From an uncultured Pseudomonadota bacterium (lineage in GTDB: Bacteria > Pseudomonadota > Alphaproteobacteria > Rs-D84 > CACZYB01), in assembly GCA_902785275.1 (NCBI GenBank), contig CACZYB010000001.1:64001-128000 (forward strand): a stretch of 64,000 bases of DNA. The letters run 5' to 3'. The notes below the pieces were generated by a model. It had not been told where the DNA came from, ran no database searches, and was given only the letters and a program-made list of their open reading frames with translations. Positions 61,748 through 64,000 of this stretch are shown here, piece after piece. The position numbers were made by a program, and so were the translations under genes. Position 1 is the stretch's first letter; each line of letters opens with the position of its first letter.

Positions 61748-62347
61748 TTAAATTTTATAAATTGTATCCAAAGTATGTGGCGTTCCAATAAAAATTTGCA
61801 TCCCATCCGGCACCAAAATAAAGCTATATTCCAAAAGTTTTTCCCTCAAATCCTGCCTTTTTTGAAAAGAATCACAATTCTTTGGCACCTCAACATCATC
61901 ACAAATAATTACATCCGCCCTGCTTCCTGTAGCATTGGACATAAGCCCCACCGCCATCATAGATGGATCACGAAGGGCTTTGCTCCTTTCAACAGTAAAG
62001 CTTCCCGATGCCCACTCTGATTTTTTATGTGGGCGAATATTTTCCACCAAAGGAAAAGTTTCAATAATCTGTTTTACATTTCTTACCATCTTTCTTGCTA
62101 AAACAGAGTCCGCCGCCACAACCAAAATTCGTATATTGGGATTACGATACAAAAGCCACGCACAAAACACTCCAACAATAGTTGATTTTCCACTACTTCG
62201 AAAAGCCATCAAAAGTCCACGCCTACTATCCGACTTATCCACAGACGAAAGCCACCTTGCAATACGCAAATGATGCTCTGGCGTAGAAATACCTTGAAAT
62301 TTATTCCACAACAAAAGAAATTTTTCAAATTCAACTTTTCTTGCCAT
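61748..62347 (-). CDS. phage large terminase, N-terminal ATPase half (T7 gp19-like)
   Basis: Walker A AFRSSGKST, TGSRADVIICDDVE (Walker B), motif III GTPH, then a stop 8 residues later. Confidence 0.9.
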   Translation of the reverse strand: MARKVEFEKFLLLWNKFQGISTPEHHLRIARWLSSVDKSDSRRGLLMAFRSSGKSTIVGVFCAWLLYRNPNIRILVVAADSVLARKMVRNVKQIIETFPLVENIRPHKKSEWASGSFTVERSKALRDPSMMAVGLMSNATGSRADVIICDDVEVPKNCDSFQKRQDLREKLLEYSFILVPDGMQIFIGTPHTLDTIYKI

Positions 62348-62352
62348 TTTAC

Positions 62353-62772
62353 TTAAACAATATCACCAAAAGAATTCAAAAGGTTCAATCCATTCTTTCT
62401 TATATTTAAAAGATTTTTGTTTTTCTTATAGTTATAATTTATTTCATTAGATGACAAAGCCAAATCAGAAAAATATTCCTTATTTTTAATTTCATCATCA
62501 GCTTCACGTTCCATACTTCCAATCAAAACAGCCGAAGATCCATCGGTAAAGTCAACACCATTTGCTGCCATTTTTGCTTTCCGTGTTGCAATTTTTGATT
62601 TAAGAAGATCTTGTTTTTCCTTTTCATAAAGCTCTTGCTTTTTCTTCAAAGTATCTTCTTGAATTTTTGCTTCTTGCTTAGCTATATTTTTCTCTTTCTT
62701 TGCATTTTTAATATCTAAAACAGTTTTTGCAGTAGAAATAACTCCACCCAAAACCGCAGCAGTAGTTCCCAT
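62353..62772 (-). CDS. putative podovirus internal virion / ejection protein
   Basis: G/A-rich N-terminus, coiled coil, AANGVDFTDGSS motif; lies between the tail tubular B and terminase genes. Confidence 0.55.
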   Translation of the reverse strand: MGTTAAVLGGVISTAKTVLDIKNAKKEKNIAKQEAKIQEDTLKKKQELYEKEKQDLLKSKIATRKAKMAANGVDFTDGSSAVLIGSMEREADDEIKNKEYFSDLALSSNEINYNYKKNKNLLNIRKNGLNLLNSFGDIV

Positions 62773-62783
62773 ATTTAAACCTC

Positions 62784-64000
62784 CTATCTTATAACATCAA
62801 CCAACATTGACATATTTAAAATTTTTAATTTATAAGGTTCTGACCCTTGAATTTTAAACAAAGGCAACTCATAGTTTTTAATAAAACCTTTTCCTCTTAT
62901 CTTCACATCTCCCGAAAAATATTCACCATTGTTTAAGTTTATAATCTTAAGCCCAGCCCCAGTATCCACCTGAAGCATTTGTGAATCCATCAACCTTAAA
63001 TTAAGTTCCAAAAGTCTTACCGCTTTTGGAATAAAGCTTGAACCCACAAAAACAGGTAAAGGACAAAAGACGTGCTTAAAAGGAAGACCAATAACAATAT
63101 TTTTACAAGGTTTCGGCAAATTAATTTCATTATCTTCAACCTTCAGTTTATAAATTTCTCCATCAGCAATAACCGTAACATCTTTATCATTCAAAAAACC
63201 TAAATCACTCACAGTTGTAACCGCCTCATCAAAAACAAATGTCTTTGCACAATCAAGATTATAATCATAATCGAACACTTCCAAACTGTACATTCCATTA
63301 CGTTCCACAACTACATAAGTTTTATCAAAAACGACCGCCACAGATAAAAACTTTCCATCCGTTTTGTATTGCACCCACGCATTTATATTATGAGACTTGT
63401 TTGAAAGTAACACTGCCAAAGTTCCATCTTCCTGTACAACATAAAGTATTCTTTTCTTCACATTAAAATCTTGCTCTAATGGATTACTAAGCAAATGTGA
63501 AGACAGTAAAATCAAATCTTGCGAAGAATAATTTTCAGAAAGATCCCCATAAAAAAATTCACGTATTTCCTTTTTATTTCTTGCTATAAATATAGTCGAC
63601 CCCTCCACAAATTTCGGTGCAATATATCTATCCGAAACAGAACCTATCTTTGTTTGTTGGGTCACGGAAATATTTGACGGAGTAATTGGGTTACCCGTAA
63701 TCATCCACTCTGCATCCGAAGTAAACACCTGAAGATGACGACCCGAAAACACAGAAACAATTTGATTAACTTTATCGGAAAAGATATCAAATTCTATCGC
63801 TTCATCATCAAGCCCAGTTCCCAAATCAAAATTTAGATAATTTCCAATTTTTGAAAACCATAATCTATTTTTCAAAGATTTCGACCCACCAATAACAAGC
63901 CTATTTTGATAAAATGCAATACTTGATGGATACCCACGTTTATTTGAAAAAGCAGGTTCTTGCCAATCCATATCTGCATCTGTTGATTTCAATTCTACCA
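62784..64000 (-). CDS. podovirus tail tubular protein B (T7 gp12-like); 5' end outside the window
   Basis: GYPSSIAFYQNRLVIGG...LWFSKIGNYLNF...DDEAI, LQVFTSDAEW, NAW. The frame is open to the window edge (VELKST...). Confidence 0.85.
   Translation of the reverse strand, partial: VELKSTDADMDWQEPAFSNKRGYPSSIAFYQNRLVIGGSKSLKNRLWFSKIGNYLNFDLGTGLDDEAIEFDIFSDKVNQIVSVFSGRHLQVFTSDAEWMITGNPITPSNISVTQQTKIGSVSDRYIAPKFVEGSTIFIARNKKEIREFFYGDLSENYSSQDLILLSSHLLSNPLEQDFNVKKRILYVVQEDGTLAVLLSNKSHNINAWVQYKTDGKFLSVAVVFDKTYVVVERNGMYSLEVFDYDYNLDCAKTFVFDEAVTTVSDLGFLNDKDVTVIADGEIYKLKVEDNEINLPKPCKNIVIGLPFKHVFCPLPVFVGSSFIPKAVRLLELNLRLMDSQMLQVDTGAGLKIINLNNGEYFSGDVKIRGKGFIKNYELPLFKIQGSEPYKLKILNMSMLVDVIR

Noticed and set aside
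61748-62347. Intron- or intein-mediated rejoining of the terminase halves via the downstream structured RNA
   Set aside because: No group I/II intron core or intein terminal motifs are recognisable. Both halves have proper start and stop codons, and the RNA has its own promoter and terminator.
50702-64000. Intact inducible prophage integrated at tRNA-Phe
   Set aside because: No integrase or duplicated tRNA 3' end is seen, and ftsZ lies within the span.

Overview
64 kb of a low-GC (roughly 30%, estimated by eye) alphaproteobacterial chromosome. The assignment rests on DUF1013/TrcR, alpha-type RpoD, TolB and FtsZ, the rmuC-def-fmt-truA synteny and an RpoH-type groES promoter; it is probably an uncultured host-associated lineage. 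Housekeeping genes (rpsA, cmk, clpX, ruvA, rpoD, tolB, acpP, ruvX, gatC, secF, dut, tyrS, groESL, mreB, nth, dnaG, der, lspA, HU, rmuC, def, fmt, truA, ftsZ, tRNA-Val, tRNA-Phe) are scrambled out of their usual operons and interleaved with many orphan secreted proteins, several of which fall into two paralogous families. Highlights: (1) a ~110-bp candidate invertible promoter between a lipid A phosphoethanolamine transferase (eptA/MCR family) and a Bacteroides Mpi-type serine invertase, here in the eptA-OFF orientation; (2) T7/podovirus-like virion genes dispersed among core genes, with the large terminase split into separate ATPase and nuclease genes ~8.7 kb apart, suggesting a domesticated GTA-like particle; (3) a 1.2-kb non-coding region with a dense GANTC cluster and two convergent candidate sRNAs whose terminator loops display anti-Shine-Dalgarno pyrimidine tracts; (4) an ACP paralog lacking the phosphopantetheine serine and an S41 protease homolog lacking both catalytic residues. 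All calls come from motif recognition by eye; no database searches were run.
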